Shown in pieces: positions 37,368-48,007 of a stretch of DNA of 64,000 nucleotides. The notes below the pieces were generated by a model. That model was not told where the DNA came from, ran no database searches, and saw only the letters and a program-made list of their open reading frames with translations. How positions within the stretch are numbered: position 1 is the first letter of the stretch; every line of letters starts with the position of its first letter. The DNA is from an uncultured Dehalococcoidales bacterium (GTDB taxonomy: Bacteria; Chloroflexota; Dehalococcoidia; Dehalococcoidales; UBA3254). Location of the stretch: contig CAYLRY010000011.1 in the NCBI GenBank assembly GCA_964386535.1, forward strand, positions 2,396 through 66,395, given 5' to 3'. Made by a program: the position numbers and the translations under genes.

Positions 37368-37613
37368 CTACAGAGTGGCATTTTCTATTTTAACTCTGGC
37401 CAGTTCCATCTCAACCTCGGTCAATGGCCGATAGTTCTTGCCCACATCTCTGAACTTTCCGGCTTTGGCGGCCTTCACCCAGTTTCCCAGTGCCGATGAT
37501 GGTAATGATAGTCGCCGGGAAGCCTCAGGCCACGATAACCCATCTTCCATTACCAGTTTTACTGCTTCCTGTCGTAACTCCTTGGTGTATCTTCCCTGGG
37601 GAATCCCTTTCAA
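37368..37613 (-). pseudogene. IS3-family OrfA (HTH) ending at an in-frame TAG before the conserved frameshift window
   Basis: RYTKELRQEAVKLV...LGNWVKAAKAGKF...ELARVKIENATL*MENEILKKAAAYFARE. The A7 slippery run lies at 37344-37350. Confidence 0.75.
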
Positions 37614-37775
37614 TCTGACACCTCCGTCTCTCTATTCTACCTGACTTTGGTGTCCATTAAATCCATCCTATACCATCCTTGCTGACACTCTTGACCTTGG
37701 CTATACTCCGGGTACTCCAGAGAGTTGTAGTTGGCGGTTTCGTTTGATTAGAAAAAGCGAGTTTTTCAGGGGTGA

Positions 37776-38216
37776 CTATTTGGGTACCCGGTCTGTTACC
37801 GGGATAGTTGCGCCGGTAGCTCTGGCTATCAGCTTGCCGTTCTGGTTAGTGACGGTGATCTCTGAAACACCCACTCTCCGCCCGCTTTTTACAACACGGC
37901 ATTCAGCAATAAGGTCATCGCCTATTGCGGGAGCATTGAGGTAATAGATATTAAACTGGGCGGCGATGGCAGGCATAACCACGGAGTTAGCCCCAAGGGC
38001 AAAGGCCTGGTCAGCCACGGCTGAGATAATACCGCCGAATATCAAACCATTAAAATTAAGATACTCCGGCAAGATTTTCATGGAGACTTTAGCATACCCG
38101 GTAGACAGCTCAAGGGTTTTAATTTTCAAAAACGAAGCAATAGGCTCACCTTCTGCCCTGGCCATAAGCTCAGTCAGGGTATTGGATTTTTTTTGCACGT
38201 TTTCCGCCGCAGACAT
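37776..38216 (-). CDS. PaaI/hotdog-fold acyl-CoA thioesterase
   Basis: Track ORF runs to 38231. The ATG at 38216 follows GAGAGGA. NFNGLIFGGIISAVADQAFALGAN is a PaaI-type motif. Confidence 0.8.
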   Translation of the reverse strand: MSAAENVQKKSNTLTELMARAEGEPIASFLKIKTLELSTGYAKVSMKILPEYLNFNGLIFGGIISAVADQAFALGANSVVMPAIAAQFNIYYLNAPAIGDDLIAECRVVKSGRRVGVSEITVTNQNGKLIARATGATIPVTDRVPK

Positions 38217-38594
38217 TTTATATCCTCTCAATATTTAATCAATAATTCTTATTTTTTATATTATAAAATAATGCAAGTAAACATAAACAAATGTTTTCTG
38301 TTTTAAAAACAGCCTCATTATAGCATAAAAGAAATAGCCCGGGAAACAGAAAAAGGGATAATCTGAGGGATATTAACTATGGTATTAATATTCAGCACGC
38401 CCGGACATCGAGCATAAAGGATGAAAATGTTTTTTGTTTTTCAACAAAAGTGGTAGAAAATCTGAGTAAACGGTTACCGGTTCCTGGTATCCAGATCAAA
38501 TCCCGGAGAAAGGAGATTGATCTTTAAAAGTTAAAGCTGTGATATAATGCATATTGCAACGTTATTAAAACCGCAACTAAAAAAGGAGGCCGAC

Positions 38595-38897
38595 ATGTCT
38601 GTATACTTGATGCTGACAACGCTGACCGATTCAGGAAGAAAAAGTCTTCAGGAAGACCCGGAGGTGCTAAAAGAGCTTAATAAAGAGGTAGAGTATCTGG
38701 GAGTAAAGGTAATCTGCCAGTATGCTTTACTGGGGCAGTACGATTTTGTAAGTATCCTGGAGGCTCCCAGTAACGAGGTGATTGCCAAATTAGCCATTCG
38801 CCTGAGCGCCCGGGGGACCACGCAGACTCTGACTATGGCAGCTATTACGCTGGACAACCTGATTGCGGCTTTAAAGGAAAAAACCACTCCATGGTAA
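38595..38897 (+). CDS. GYD domain protein
   Basis: Track ORF starts at 38547. The ATG at 38595 follows AAGGAGG. YALLGQYDFVSILEAPSNE contains the GYD-type (GQYD) core. Confidence 0.75.
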   Translation: MSVYLMLTTLTDSGRKSLQEDPEVLKELNKEVEYLGVKVICQYALLGQYDFVSILEAPSNEVIAKLAIRLSARGTTQTLTMAAITLDNLIAALKEKTTPW

Positions 38898-38904
38898 AGA
38901 AATG

Positions 38905-38938
38905 AAAAAAGGATGGCGCTAAAACGCCATCCTTTTTT
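38905..38938. terminator. bidirectional rho-independent terminator between convergent genes
   Basis: AAAAAAGGATGGCG-CTAAAA-CGCCATCCTTTTTT. Confidence 0.8.
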
Positions 38939-38941
38939 AAC

Positions 38942-40498
38942 TTACATTACAGGTCCGCCGTATTTCAGACGTAGTTTAGGCTTTTCAATCTTGCCAGTGG
39001 CATTACGGGGTACTTTATCAAAGATTATTTTTCTGGGCCTCTTATAGCGCGGTAATACTTTCTCTATATAGGCGTTGATTTCCTCTTCGGTCAGGGTTTC
39101 ACCCGGTTTGGGATCGATAATAGCGCCGACGACTTCACCCAGCCTTTCATCAGGGATGCCGATAACAGCTACATCATAGACTTTAGGATGGTTGTGAATG
39201 GCGTCTTCCACCTCAACAGGATAGATATTCTCTCCACCAACGATGACAACGTCCTTTTTACGGTCAACCAGATAAACATAGCCGTCGCTATCGATACGGG
39301 CCATATCTCCGGTAAGCAGCCAGCCATCCTTAATGGTTTTAGCGGTCAACTCAGGATTCTTATAGTATTCACGCATCACGCCGTCACCTTTTATGGCCAG
39401 CTCTCCAGCCATCCAGGGCGGCACATTGCGGCTGTCATCTATAGGTACAATCTTGAGCTGCCATCCCTCACCTGCTTTACCTACAGCCCCATCCTTAAAG
39501 GCATTATCCAATCCCAGATGTACAGGGCCGGGACCGGTAGATTCGCTGAGGCCGTAATTGTTATCATATTGCATTTTAGGGAAGTAATCTTTCCAGTGCA
39601 GTACCAGCCTGGGAGGCACCGGTTGAGCGCCGATATGCATCAGCCGCCAGGATTTCAGATTATAGTCTGATATTTTCAGTTCGCCCTTATCGAGGGCCAA
39701 CAGGATATCATGAACCCAGGGCACGAGCAGCCAGACAATGGTGCCTTTTTCTCGGCTGACTGCCTCAAAGACAGCCTGGGGACTGAACTCCGTGAGAATT
39801 GTACCTTTGCTGCCGGAAATCAGGCTGCCGAACCAGTGCATTTTGGCGCCGGTATGATAAAGGGGTGGCAGAATTATAAAATTATCATGCCGGTTCTGGT
39901 GATGGTGTGCCTGTTCAGTTTTAGCAGCGAAAGTCATATTTTTATGGGTCAGTAGGACAGGTTTGGGAGAGCCGGTGGTGCCGGAAGTAAAGTAAAGGCC
40001 GCATTCATCATCAGGAGTCAACTTGATATTAACAGGGTCAGCGCTATTATTCTTAAGTACATCATCATAATGCACCATGCCCGCAGGCAGACTGGGGCCG
40101 ATATAGATATAGTTCAGGATGGAAGGCGGGCGGACGGCTTCTACGGACCTGGTGAATTCATCCTCAAAAATCATAGCTTTAGCCTCAGCTATTTCGGAGC
40201 AGTATTTAAAATCACTGGCATTAAAACGGTAGTTCAGAGGTACAGCCCAGGCGCCGGTCTTAATAATGCCGAAATAGGCTTCCAGCCAGGGAATGGAGTT
40301 TCTCATCCAGTGAATGACTTTATCATCTTTTTTAATGCCCCAATTTAGAAGGGCATTGGCTATTTTATTAGCGTTATCATTAAATTCTTTCCAGGTAATA
40401 GCTTTACGGTAATTTTTACTAGGCCTGAGTTCAATCAGGGCGACATCGTCAGGATATTTCCTGGCGTTGTTTTCCAGCATTTCAGAAATAGTAACCAT
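38942..40498 (-). CDS. AMP-dependent acyl-CoA synthetase
   Basis: 518 aa with YFTSGTTGSPKPV, TGDMARIDSDGYVYLVDRKKD and a C-terminal GKIEK. Confidence 0.85.
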   Translation of the reverse strand: MVTISEMLENNARKYPDDVALIELRPSKNYRKAITWKEFNDNANKIANALLNWGIKKDDKVIHWMRNSIPWLEAYFGIIKTGAWAVPLNYRFNASDFKYCSEIAEAKAMIFEDEFTRSVEAVRPPSILNYIYIGPSLPAGMVHYDDVLKNNSADPVNIKLTPDDECGLYFTSGTTGSPKPVLLTHKNMTFAAKTEQAHHHQNRHDNFIILPPLYHTGAKMHWFGSLISGSKGTILTEFSPQAVFEAVSREKGTIVWLLVPWVHDILLALDKGELKISDYNLKSWRLMHIGAQPVPPRLVLHWKDYFPKMQYDNNYGLSESTGPGPVHLGLDNAFKDGAVGKAGEGWQLKIVPIDDSRNVPPWMAGELAIKGDGVMREYYKNPELTAKTIKDGWLLTGDMARIDSDGYVYLVDRKKDVVIVGGENIYPVEVEDAIHNHPKVYDVAVIGIPDERLGEVVGAIIDPKPGETLTEEEINAYIEKVLPRYKRPRKIIFDKVPRNATGKIEKPKLRLKYGGPVM

Positions 40499-40783
40499 GG
40501 TATAACAAAACCTCCTGCTCCAGATGAAGCGTGAATCTCTATTTTAAAAAAATTCTAGAATAGGAATAAAAAATAAATTATTAACACCTATTTTCAGGAA
40601 CCAGACACTTCAAAACCAGTTTTATGTCCACTAAAACCGGAAACAGATTACCGGAAAAGGGCAACTCCGATAGTTATAAAATAGAATAACATTTTTTCAA
40701 CATAATGGCTAGTAGCTAAATGGGGTAGCCCGTTATGATAAAATAAAAATATAGTTGAATAGTCGCATAAGAAGGAGAAGCGT

Positions 40784-41641
40784 ATGAATGAGACTGGCCG
40801 GACTATTGATCCATTGGTAACCACAGACTGGCTGGCGGAACATTTACAAGATCCTGGGCTGGTAATACTGGACATCCGTTCCGGCGGTGAATACCTGGCA
40901 GGCCATATTCCCTCTGCTATTCAAATACCAGCCGGGTTATGGTCCACCATGAGAGACTTCCTCAACCTTGAATTGCCAGATGATGAAGTATTATTCAGCT
41001 TGATAGGCAGCGCCGGTATTATCAAAGACTCAAGGGTAGTGGTGGTTTATAAAACCCTGGACCCCACCAGACGTACGAACTCTCTTCTGGCAGATGCCAG
41101 CAGGGTGGCAGACACGCTGATATACGCTGGTATAACAAATGTTGCCATACTGGATGGCGGATATGATAAGTGGAAGAATGAAGGGAGGAAGATATCAAAT
41201 GCTATAGTTTTACCACTACCGGCAACCTACAGGGGAGATGTGGACAAAGGGATGCTGGTAGCCCGGGAATATGTTCAGGAAAACATCGGCAAAGCGTTAA
41301 TTATTGATGCCAGAGATGCAGATGTGTATTTTGGGGCTACGGTAGAGGCTTTTGCTCCTAAAGCCGGGCACATTCCCGGAGCGAAGTCCCTGCCAGCTCC
41401 CTGGATATGGAATGCAGATGGCACTTTTAAAAAAACGGAAGCCCTGAGAGAATTGACCTCAAATATAATAGAAAAAGATTCGTCCAGGGAGATCATCATC
41501 TATTGTGGTATAGGAGGTTATTCGAGCGCGTGGTGGTTCGTCTTGACACAAATTCTGGGGTTCAAAAATATTAGGTTGTATGACGGCTCGGCGCAGGAGT
41601 GGATCCGTTATGCCGATATGGTATGTTACAGGTGGGAGTGA
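40784..41641 (+). CDS. tandem-rhodanese sulfurtransferase
   Basis: Two rhodanese domains. Active-site loop CGIGGYS in the C-terminal domain. 285 aa. Confidence 0.85.
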   Translation: MNETGRTIDPLVTTDWLAEHLQDPGLVILDIRSGGEYLAGHIPSAIQIPAGLWSTMRDFLNLELPDDEVLFSLIGSAGIIKDSRVVVVYKTLDPTRRTNSLLADASRVADTLIYAGITNVAILDGGYDKWKNEGRKISNAIVLPLPATYRGDVDKGMLVAREYVQENIGKALIIDARDADVYFGATVEAFAPKAGHIPGAKSLPAPWIWNADGTFKKTEALRELTSNIIEKDSSREIIIYCGIGGYSSAWWFVLTQILGFKNIRLYDGSAQEWIRYADMVCYRWE

Positions 41642-41755
41642 GGCAGTAATCAAATTACAAAGTTAACATGTGAAATAGGGAGCCTCTTGGAAAGGGACAT
41701 ATTAAAGACTGAGTCAATTATGGGCTAATACAAACCGGCATTACCATAAAGCAGA

Positions 41756-44245
41756 TTATTTGCGGGATAGAGCGGATGGCCACCAGTTCCAGCGCCTGAT
41801 TAAGGTTGCCAGTGATGGAATAAGGATAGCCCTAACCAGAAATGTATCAATTAATACCCCGATAGCGATGGCAGCACCCACCTGGAAAACCAGTTGCAGG
41901 GGGGCCGTGGTGAGCGACCCGAAAGTGCCGGCCAGGATAATGCCGCAGGCTGTGATAACGCCGCCGGTATTTGCTACAGAAACGGCCACAGCCTCTTTCA
42001 GCGTTCTGTACTCTGCCTCCTCCCGGATGCGCGAAACCAGGAAGATATTGTAATCCGATCCTACCGCCACCAGAAGAACAAAGACAAATATAGGCAGCAT
42101 ATAGATGGCAGAGCTATGGTCCAGAATATCCAGAAAGAGCCAGGTAGCGATGCCAAGAGTAGCACCGAAATTCAGAAGAACAGTTATCAACATATACAGT
42201 GGGGCAATCAGGCTGCGAAGTAAAACGGCAGAAACGATAAAAATGCCTATTACAGCCAGGCCTAAAACGCGGAGAAAATCAGCATCATTGACTGACAGGA
42301 TATCAGACTGCGAGGCTGTCTCACCGCCGAAATAGACTGAAGCCCCTTTAAGAGTAGATGAATCCAGATTATCCTTAACCAGAGCATGCAGTTCAGATAA
42401 GATATCTATACTCTCGGCGGCATAGGGGTCCGTTTTCAAAATTACATTTAATCTGGCGATGGTCCCATCATTTGAAAAATAGGTGTTTTTCAACCAGGTA
42501 GTAAAAGGGGTATCCACTTGCAGATTGAATTCCCCGGCCAGCATCTGCAATGCACGGGCCACCTCATTAATCAATGAGTTGATCTGTGGCAGTACCACAG
42601 CAGCCTGTGAACCGGGAGCTAACAACTGGCTGGCATTGCCCGATAATTGCGTCAGGCTGGAGGTCACGGCTATGAAATTGGGACTTTGCAGGATACCCGG
42701 ATATTGTATTGCCAGGCTTTGAAGGTATTGTCCCGTCGTTTGGAAAAAGCTGATCTGGCTGAAATCGCCCCGAGCAGCAGCCTCGCCCGCTGCCCGGCTG
42801 GCCTGGCTCATATTGAGAAGGTTTTTAACTGGGGCTGAAAAATAATCTACGCGAGAGACTCCGTCTGCTGTGTTTAGCGCCTGACCTAAAGCACTTACGG
42901 CATCCAGGGAATCTGTATCTGCCAGCAAACTAGCCGGTGACTCAATCAGTATATAGGATGGTTCCAGTTCCCCGGCAGCAAACCGGGTTAGCATTATATT
43001 GTAACCGGCGACTGACTCAACATCCTGCGGTATATGACTCAGGATATTGGCTGATGTTCGAAGACCGGGAAGGGCGATATAGGGCAGTAAAAGGATTATT
43101 AATATCGGTACGGCAAAGACGACCGGTCGCCTGGTAATACGGCCTCCTGTACGAGCCCAAAAGCCTTCTTCAGGGTTGTTTTTACTCTGGAATTTGCCGG
43201 GCCAGAGCAATTTTTTCCCGAAAAGGGATACCAGGGCAGGCGTCAGAGTAAGGCCAGCCAGCAAAGTAACAGCTACGCCAATAGCCAGAACAAAACCTGA
43301 GGTGCGGTTCATACCGAAGCGGGAGATGCCCAGGCACAGGAGGGCTACGATTACTGTAACGGCGCTGGCCAGGATAACTGGGCCGATTTGCCGGATGGCC
43401 ATTACACCAGCCTCAGCCCTGTCATGGCGGACCAGTTCCTCTTTAAACCTGGAAACTATGAAAAGGCAATAATCGGTTCCGATGCCGAAAAGAGTGACCA
43501 CCAGATAGGCATCTGCCAGGCTGGAAATGTTAATACCGGAAGCTGCCATATAGCCACCTATGCCGCGAGCAACCAGATAGCTAACTCCAATAGTAATCAA
43601 CGGCACAAAAATGGCTACCGGCGAACGGTATATCAGGAGTAAAAGAACCACCACCAGTATAACGGTAACCAGAGTAGCCCTATCAATGGTATTCTGAATA
43701 GAGGCTAAAAGATCATGCGATATACCGGCGCTTCCGGATACGTAAACCTGAGATTCGAATTGATGGGAGTGCACATAGGTTCGAATATCTTCAACAGCCT
43801 CTCTGGCGGGTGCACTGGAAGAAGCTGAAGACAGGTAAACCTGTAGCATCATGGTAGTTTGATCCTGGCTGATCAGCGTTGGGGTGAGCGCCTGGTTGGT
43901 AAAAACGGATACCACAGTGGTGATTGATTTCGGAGCGTTTTCAGAGGTTAACCAGTCAACCAGTGCCTTAGCTTCCTGAGAGTTTTTTGCGGAAAGCTGG
44001 TCAGGGTTGTGGAAAACTATAGTAACTGAACCTGCAGATGTCGTTTGAGATTGATTAAATTTTTTATCCAGCAACTGATTGGCCAGAGCGGATTCGGTAT
44101 CACTGGGTAAAAATTGAGAGTCATCGGTAATTCCGGCCTCAGAGAGCGAAGGTGCGAAAAAGGTAAAGAGCCCTGCCAGGATTATCCAAAGTGTGATAAT
44201 AATTATTTTGTATTTTGATGTTTTTTCTGCTAGATACGAAAACAT
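41756..44245 (-). CDS. MMPL-family (RND superfamily) membrane transporter
   Basis: 829 aa with two six-TM bundles and large loops. GTDYCLF and GSDYNIFL MMPL motifs. Confidence 0.85.
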   Translation of the reverse strand: MFSYLAEKTSKYKIIIITLWIILAGLFTFFAPSLSEAGITDDSQFLPSDTESALANQLLDKKFNQSQTTSAGSVTIVFHNPDQLSAKNSQEAKALVDWLTSENAPKSITTVVSVFTNQALTPTLISQDQTTMMLQVYLSSASSSAPAREAVEDIRTYVHSHQFESQVYVSGSAGISHDLLASIQNTIDRATLVTVILVVVLLLLIYRSPVAIFVPLITIGVSYLVARGIGGYMAASGINISSLADAYLVVTLFGIGTDYCLFIVSRFKEELVRHDRAEAGVMAIRQIGPVILASAVTVIVALLCLGISRFGMNRTSGFVLAIGVAVTLLAGLTLTPALVSLFGKKLLWPGKFQSKNNPEEGFWARTGGRITRRPVVFAVPILIILLLPYIALPGLRTSANILSHIPQDVESVAGYNIMLTRFAAGELEPSYILIESPASLLADTDSLDAVSALGQALNTADGVSRVDYFSAPVKNLLNMSQASRAAGEAAARGDFSQISFFQTTGQYLQSLAIQYPGILQSPNFIAVTSSLTQLSGNASQLLAPGSQAAVVLPQINSLINEVARALQMLAGEFNLQVDTPFTTWLKNTYFSNDGTIARLNVILKTDPYAAESIDILSELHALVKDNLDSSTLKGASVYFGGETASQSDILSVNDADFLRVLGLAVIGIFIVSAVLLRSLIAPLYMLITVLLNFGATLGIATWLFLDILDHSSAIYMLPIFVFVLLVAVGSDYNIFLVSRIREEAEYRTLKEAVAVSVANTGGVITACGIILAGTFGSLTTAPLQLVFQVGAAIAIGVLIDTFLVRAILIPSLATLIRRWNWWPSALSRK

Positions 44246-44409
44246 TTTATTATATGATAGGCGAGCAAGAAAAAAATGTCCAGCACCAGGTACGGGCTAA
44301 AAGTTTGATTGGGGATGATTTAAGGTTTCTCCGGAGAAAATAAGATCTAAGCTCCCTTCCGGGTGGAACACAATCTGGTTATGCGTGAAATGCTGGATAG
44401 GCTGCCATA

Positions 44410-46086
44410 TTATTTTTCAATAATGACGGAGATGATCAAGACAACTGCCAGCAGGGCTGCCAGGATAAAGCCAGCCAGGCCCAATACCGAAACCTCACCT
44501 ACCATTGGCGGTATACGTGCAGAAACAATAAGAGCTGAAGCTAATAACACGGAGCTGAGCAGCAGAGCAAGAGAAAGATGATGCGAAACCCGTTCCAGGG
44601 TTTTACGTAAAGGTTCCAAACCGATATGTTCAAACTCTATCTTGACCCTTCCCTTTTTTAACTGATCCAATACCACACTGAAATCATAAGGCAGATCTTT
44701 AAGCACGCTGGCTGAGTCCAGGGCTGAGAAGTAGAGCTCCCTCGCCTGGTGCAAAGGATTTAAGTCCCTTAAGATCAATTTACGGGCATAAGGTTTAATG
44801 AAACCCAACATTTCAAAGTCAGCATCCAGACGGTAACAGGTTTCCTCCAGGGTGGCGACTGACTTGAAAAGCCATATCAGGTGGGTAGGAAAGCGGGCAT
44901 CATGCTCGCGAAGGAGGTTTAAAAATCTAAAAAGTAATTGTCCCAACTGGATTTCGCTGAAGGTTAAATGGCCGTATTCCTGGATGATACGGGATACTTC
45001 ATGTTCCAGTTCTTCTGCATTGAGTTGTTCTGCCGATTCCATGAGGGTGCGGAGGGCGCGAGATGTCCTTTTTTCATCGCCGTTTTGCATAAAATAAAGG
45101 AGCTTGCCCAGTTTTTCACGGTCCCGGCTTGAGAGGGTGCCCATGAGTCCGTAATCCAGTAAACAGACCACGTTATGCGGCAGGATAAACAGATTACCAG
45201 GATGCGGGTCTGCGTGAAAGAAACCGAATTCCAGAGCAGAACGAAAAGCGATATCAGCTCCACGCCGGGCTATGAGTTTCAAATCATAGCCTTGATCCTT
45301 TAATTTATCCACCTGGGAGATATTGATTCCATCGATATACTCCATGATTAAAATACGCTGAGTACAGCAATTTTCAGGGTAGACACGGGGTATATGTATC
45401 CAGGAGGAGTCTGAAAAATTTTTTGCGAAACGCCGCATATTGGCAGCTTCCTGACGAAAATCCAGTTCCTTTTTTATATTAATGGAGAATTCTTTAACCA
45501 GGCCTACCGGATTTAAAACATGAGTAGCGGGAAGGTAGCGCTCCATCAGAACAGCCAGGTTACGCATGATATCCAGATCGACCTCAATGATCTGGACAAT
45601 GTTAGGTCGCTGGATTTTAACGACAACTTCCTCACCTTTAATGGTAGCCCGGTGTACCTGGGCTAGAGAAGCCGCGGCTAGAGGCTGGTCATCAAAGGAA
45701 GAAAAGATTTCCGAGACAGGACGTTTAAGTTCGGACTCAATAATCTGACGGGCTTCCAAAGCGGGTACCGGTGATACTTGATTTTGTAGTTTTTCCAGTT
45801 CCAGGATGTAGTTTTGGGGCAAAATATCGGGGCGCGTACTGAGCATTTGACCCATTTTAACAAAAGTTGGCCCCAGCTCTTCCAGCGCCATTCTTATCCT
45901 CTCGGCGGTGGTCAGATTATTTATTTTTTGTTCATGATGCAAGATACCGCGCTCAATATGTGCACGTTCCCAGGCTCGGATCTGTCCGAAGAATTCACCA
46001 AAGCCATATTTTGTTAGTACTGCAATCACCTGCCGGTAACGCTGCAAATGTTTGTAAGCCCGGCCAGGCGTAATCACACCAGGCAT
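44410..46086 (-). CDS. ABC1/UbiB-family atypical kinase
   Basis: GPTFVKMGQMLSTRPDILP, AAASLAQVH, HADPHPGN and C-terminal TM helices. Confidence 0.85.
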   Translation of the reverse strand: MPGVITPGRAYKHLQRYRQVIAVLTKYGFGEFFGQIRAWERAHIERGILHHEQKINNLTTAERIRMALEELGPTFVKMGQMLSTRPDILPQNYILELEKLQNQVSPVPALEARQIIESELKRPVSEIFSSFDDQPLAAASLAQVHRATIKGEEVVVKIQRPNIVQIIEVDLDIMRNLAVLMERYLPATHVLNPVGLVKEFSINIKKELDFRQEAANMRRFAKNFSDSSWIHIPRVYPENCCTQRILIMEYIDGINISQVDKLKDQGYDLKLIARRGADIAFRSALEFGFFHADPHPGNLFILPHNVVCLLDYGLMGTLSSRDREKLGKLLYFMQNGDEKRTSRALRTLMESAEQLNAEELEHEVSRIIQEYGHLTFSEIQLGQLLFRFLNLLREHDARFPTHLIWLFKSVATLEETCYRLDADFEMLGFIKPYARKLILRDLNPLHQARELYFSALDSASVLKDLPYDFSVVLDQLKKGRVKIEFEHIGLEPLRKTLERVSHHLSLALLLSSVLLASALIVSARIPPMVGEVSVLGLAGFILAALLAVVLIISVIIEK

Positions 46087-46253
46087 GGTATTATCCTTGC
46101 ACGCTTTATTAACATTTTACGTTATTTTAGAGGAAAGTCCCATGGGGAAATTTATTCAGATAAGCTTAAGCTTTCAGTCCTTGTTTGGTGAAAATCCATC
46201 ATTCTGGCTTGCCTGGCTTTGGCTGGTTGCCAATTCCAGTTATAGAGAGAACT

Positions 46254-47042
46254 TCAGGTTTCGGACCTGGACAGGCTGACATCCCCGGCTACGATTTTAA
46301 TTAAATCTCCATCCGCAGTACGCAAAAGCAAACTGCCATCTCCGGATACCGATTCAGCTAAGCCATAATAAATATGATCACCCTGAGTAACCTGTACATT
46401 TTGCCCCAGTGTAACAAGCCGGTTTTTCCATTCTTGAATTATTTGATCTCTCTCCGGGAGATGGCGATATAGCCTCTCCATCTCAACCAGCAGATGTTGA
46501 AGTATATCCAGGCGTGAAACTATATTCCCGGTCTGGTCAGAAAGGCTGGTAGCGATGGAGGAAATATCCGGAAAGTCCTGCATATGAATATTGACATTGA
46601 TGCCGATACCGATAATTGAAAAAACTAGAGAGTTTTTGCGGATATCATTTTCAATAAGAATACCACAGATCTTTTTATCTTTGATTAATATGTCATTGGG
46701 CCACTTTATCTGAGTAAACAAGCCGGTGACGTTCTCAACGCTGCGGACTACCGCCAGCGAGCTAATCATTATCAAGTAAGGCAAATATTCAACATTCGGC
46801 CGTAATATAATGGATAAGGTCAATCCCCCTCTTGGTGACAGCCAGGTACGTTTCAGACGCCCTCTGCCAGCCGTTTGTTCATCGGCAAGGACAACCGTAC
46901 CAGCCGGGGCGCCCCAGAGCGCCTCCCTGCGGGCGGCTTCCATGGTGGAATCCAGGGAGGTGAAATGAATTACTTTTTTCCCTATAAACCGGGTAGGTAA
47001 ACCAGCGGTAATTAATGCAGGCGATAAGCTATTTTCTTCCAT
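46254..47042 (-). CDS. birA: biotin-[acetyl-CoA-carboxylase] ligase (no N-terminal HTH)
   Basis: Track ORF runs to 47168, but that extension overlaps nth. The ATG at 47042 gives MEENSL.... GRGRLKRTW and KWPND motifs. Confidence 0.85.
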   Translation of the reverse strand: MEENSLSPALITAGLPTRFIGKKVIHFTSLDSTMEAARREALWGAPAGTVVLADEQTAGRGRLKRTWLSPRGGLTLSIILRPNVEYLPYLIMISSLAVVRSVENVTGLFTQIKWPNDILIKDKKICGILIENDIRKNSLVFSIIGIGINVNIHMQDFPDISSIATSLSDQTGNIVSRLDILQHLLVEMERLYRHLPERDQIIQEWKNRLVTLGQNVQVTQGDHIYYGLAESVSGDGSLLLRTADGDLIKIVAGDVSLSRSET

Positions 47043-47733
47043 TGAAATTGTTTCCCTTTTCGGTTCGGATAAGGACGGCAAAGTTTTTATAGCCCTGACA
47101 AATACATTGTAAGATGCATTGAGTGCAGTGCGGACGGCGGGATAAACAAATACGCCGGCCATGTTCAATCATCAACACATGAAATTCAAAAATATTGGCC
47201 CTCGGAACCTGTTGCTCTAACAATCGGTGAGATTCGTCAAGAGTAGCTTTTTGTGGGATTAATCCAAGCCTTCCGGAAACACGGTGGATATGGGTATCCA
47301 CGGGTAAAGCAGGCATTCCAAGTGCAAAAAGCAAAACGCAGTTGGCGGTTTTGTTTCCCACGCCAGGCAGTTCTTTCAAATGTGCCCGGGCTTGCGAAAC
47401 CGGCAGGTTTTTAAGAAATCCCAGTTCTATCTTGCCCTGTTTTTTATTAATCTCTCTGAGCGCCTGCTGTATGCGCAAAGCTTTAATGTGTCCCAGACCT
47501 CCGCTTTTTATGACGGCAGCTAAAGCAGCAGGCTCAGCCTGCATAATATCCTCCCAACCCCTATAGGCGGAGATCAGAGCCCGGTAAGCCGGACGGGAAT
47601 TGGCATCCGAGGTGTTTTGGGATAGAATGGTCTGAACCAGTTCCGCCACCGGGTCACCATGGGGTATAAAAGGGCGGGGTCCGTATTGTTTGACCAGCAA
47701 GTCAAGGATCAGTTTTATATCAGGTCTGTTCAT
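47029..47733 (-). CDS. nth: endonuclease III
   Basis: HhH-GPD (LPGVGNKTANCVL) and an Fe-S loop CLSRRPHCTQCILQCIC (Cx6Cx2Cx5C). Confidence 0.9.
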   Translation of the reverse strand: MNRPDIKLILDLLVKQYGPRPFIPHGDPVAELVQTILSQNTSDANSRPAYRALISAYRGWEDIMQAEPAALAAVIKSGGLGHIKALRIQQALREINKKQGKIELGFLKNLPVSQARAHLKELPGVGNKTANCVLLFALGMPALPVDTHIHRVSGRLGLIPQKATLDESHRLLEQQVPRANIFEFHVLMIEHGRRICLSRRPHCTQCILQCICQGYKNFAVLIRTEKGNNFNGRK

Positions 47734-47907
47734 ATGATGTTGTTATCACTTGTAACCGGCTGATTGGCAGTCCAGGCATAATATCGATGATTACTGCTGA
47801 CAGGAGCAACCTGTCTTTTTCTAATAATCTCCCGGATTTATAAGGTATTTGAGTGTATTTATATTATAAAGCCTGAGCAGGAAAAAAGAACAGATTATAC
47901 CCTTACC

Positions 47908-48007
47908 TTGATTCACCATCAAATGAAGCTAAACAAGCCTGAATATTTTCACCACATTGGTGCAAAAATATCGTGCCTGTTTGAGACTACTTGATAGCGG
48001 ATTTTGG
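47908..48007 (+). mobile_element. 100-bp MITE-like element, copy 3
   Basis: Differs from copy 1 at only a handful of positions. It is followed by a degenerate partial copy starting CCTTGATTTCGCATCC at about 48009. Confidence 0.7.

Larger units (their letters stand above)
36780..37656 (-). mobile_element. decayed IS3-family insertion sequence carrying a nested MITE
   Basis: 11-bp terminal inverted repeats: TGGACACCAAA (36780-90) and TTTGGTGTCCA (37646-56). OrfA and a truncated OrfB lie inside. Length is 877 bp against roughly 1.2-1.5 kb for intact IS3 members. Confidence 0.75.

Noticed and set aside
36777-37659. Looked for a 3-bp target-site duplication flanking the IS3 remnant.
   Set aside because: The flanks are TAG and TTA, which do not match, so no duplication is claimed.
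47043-47168. A 42-codon N-terminal extension of the birA ORF.
   Set aside because: It would overlap the 3' end of nth by 140 nt. The Met at 47042 gives a normal group I BirA length.
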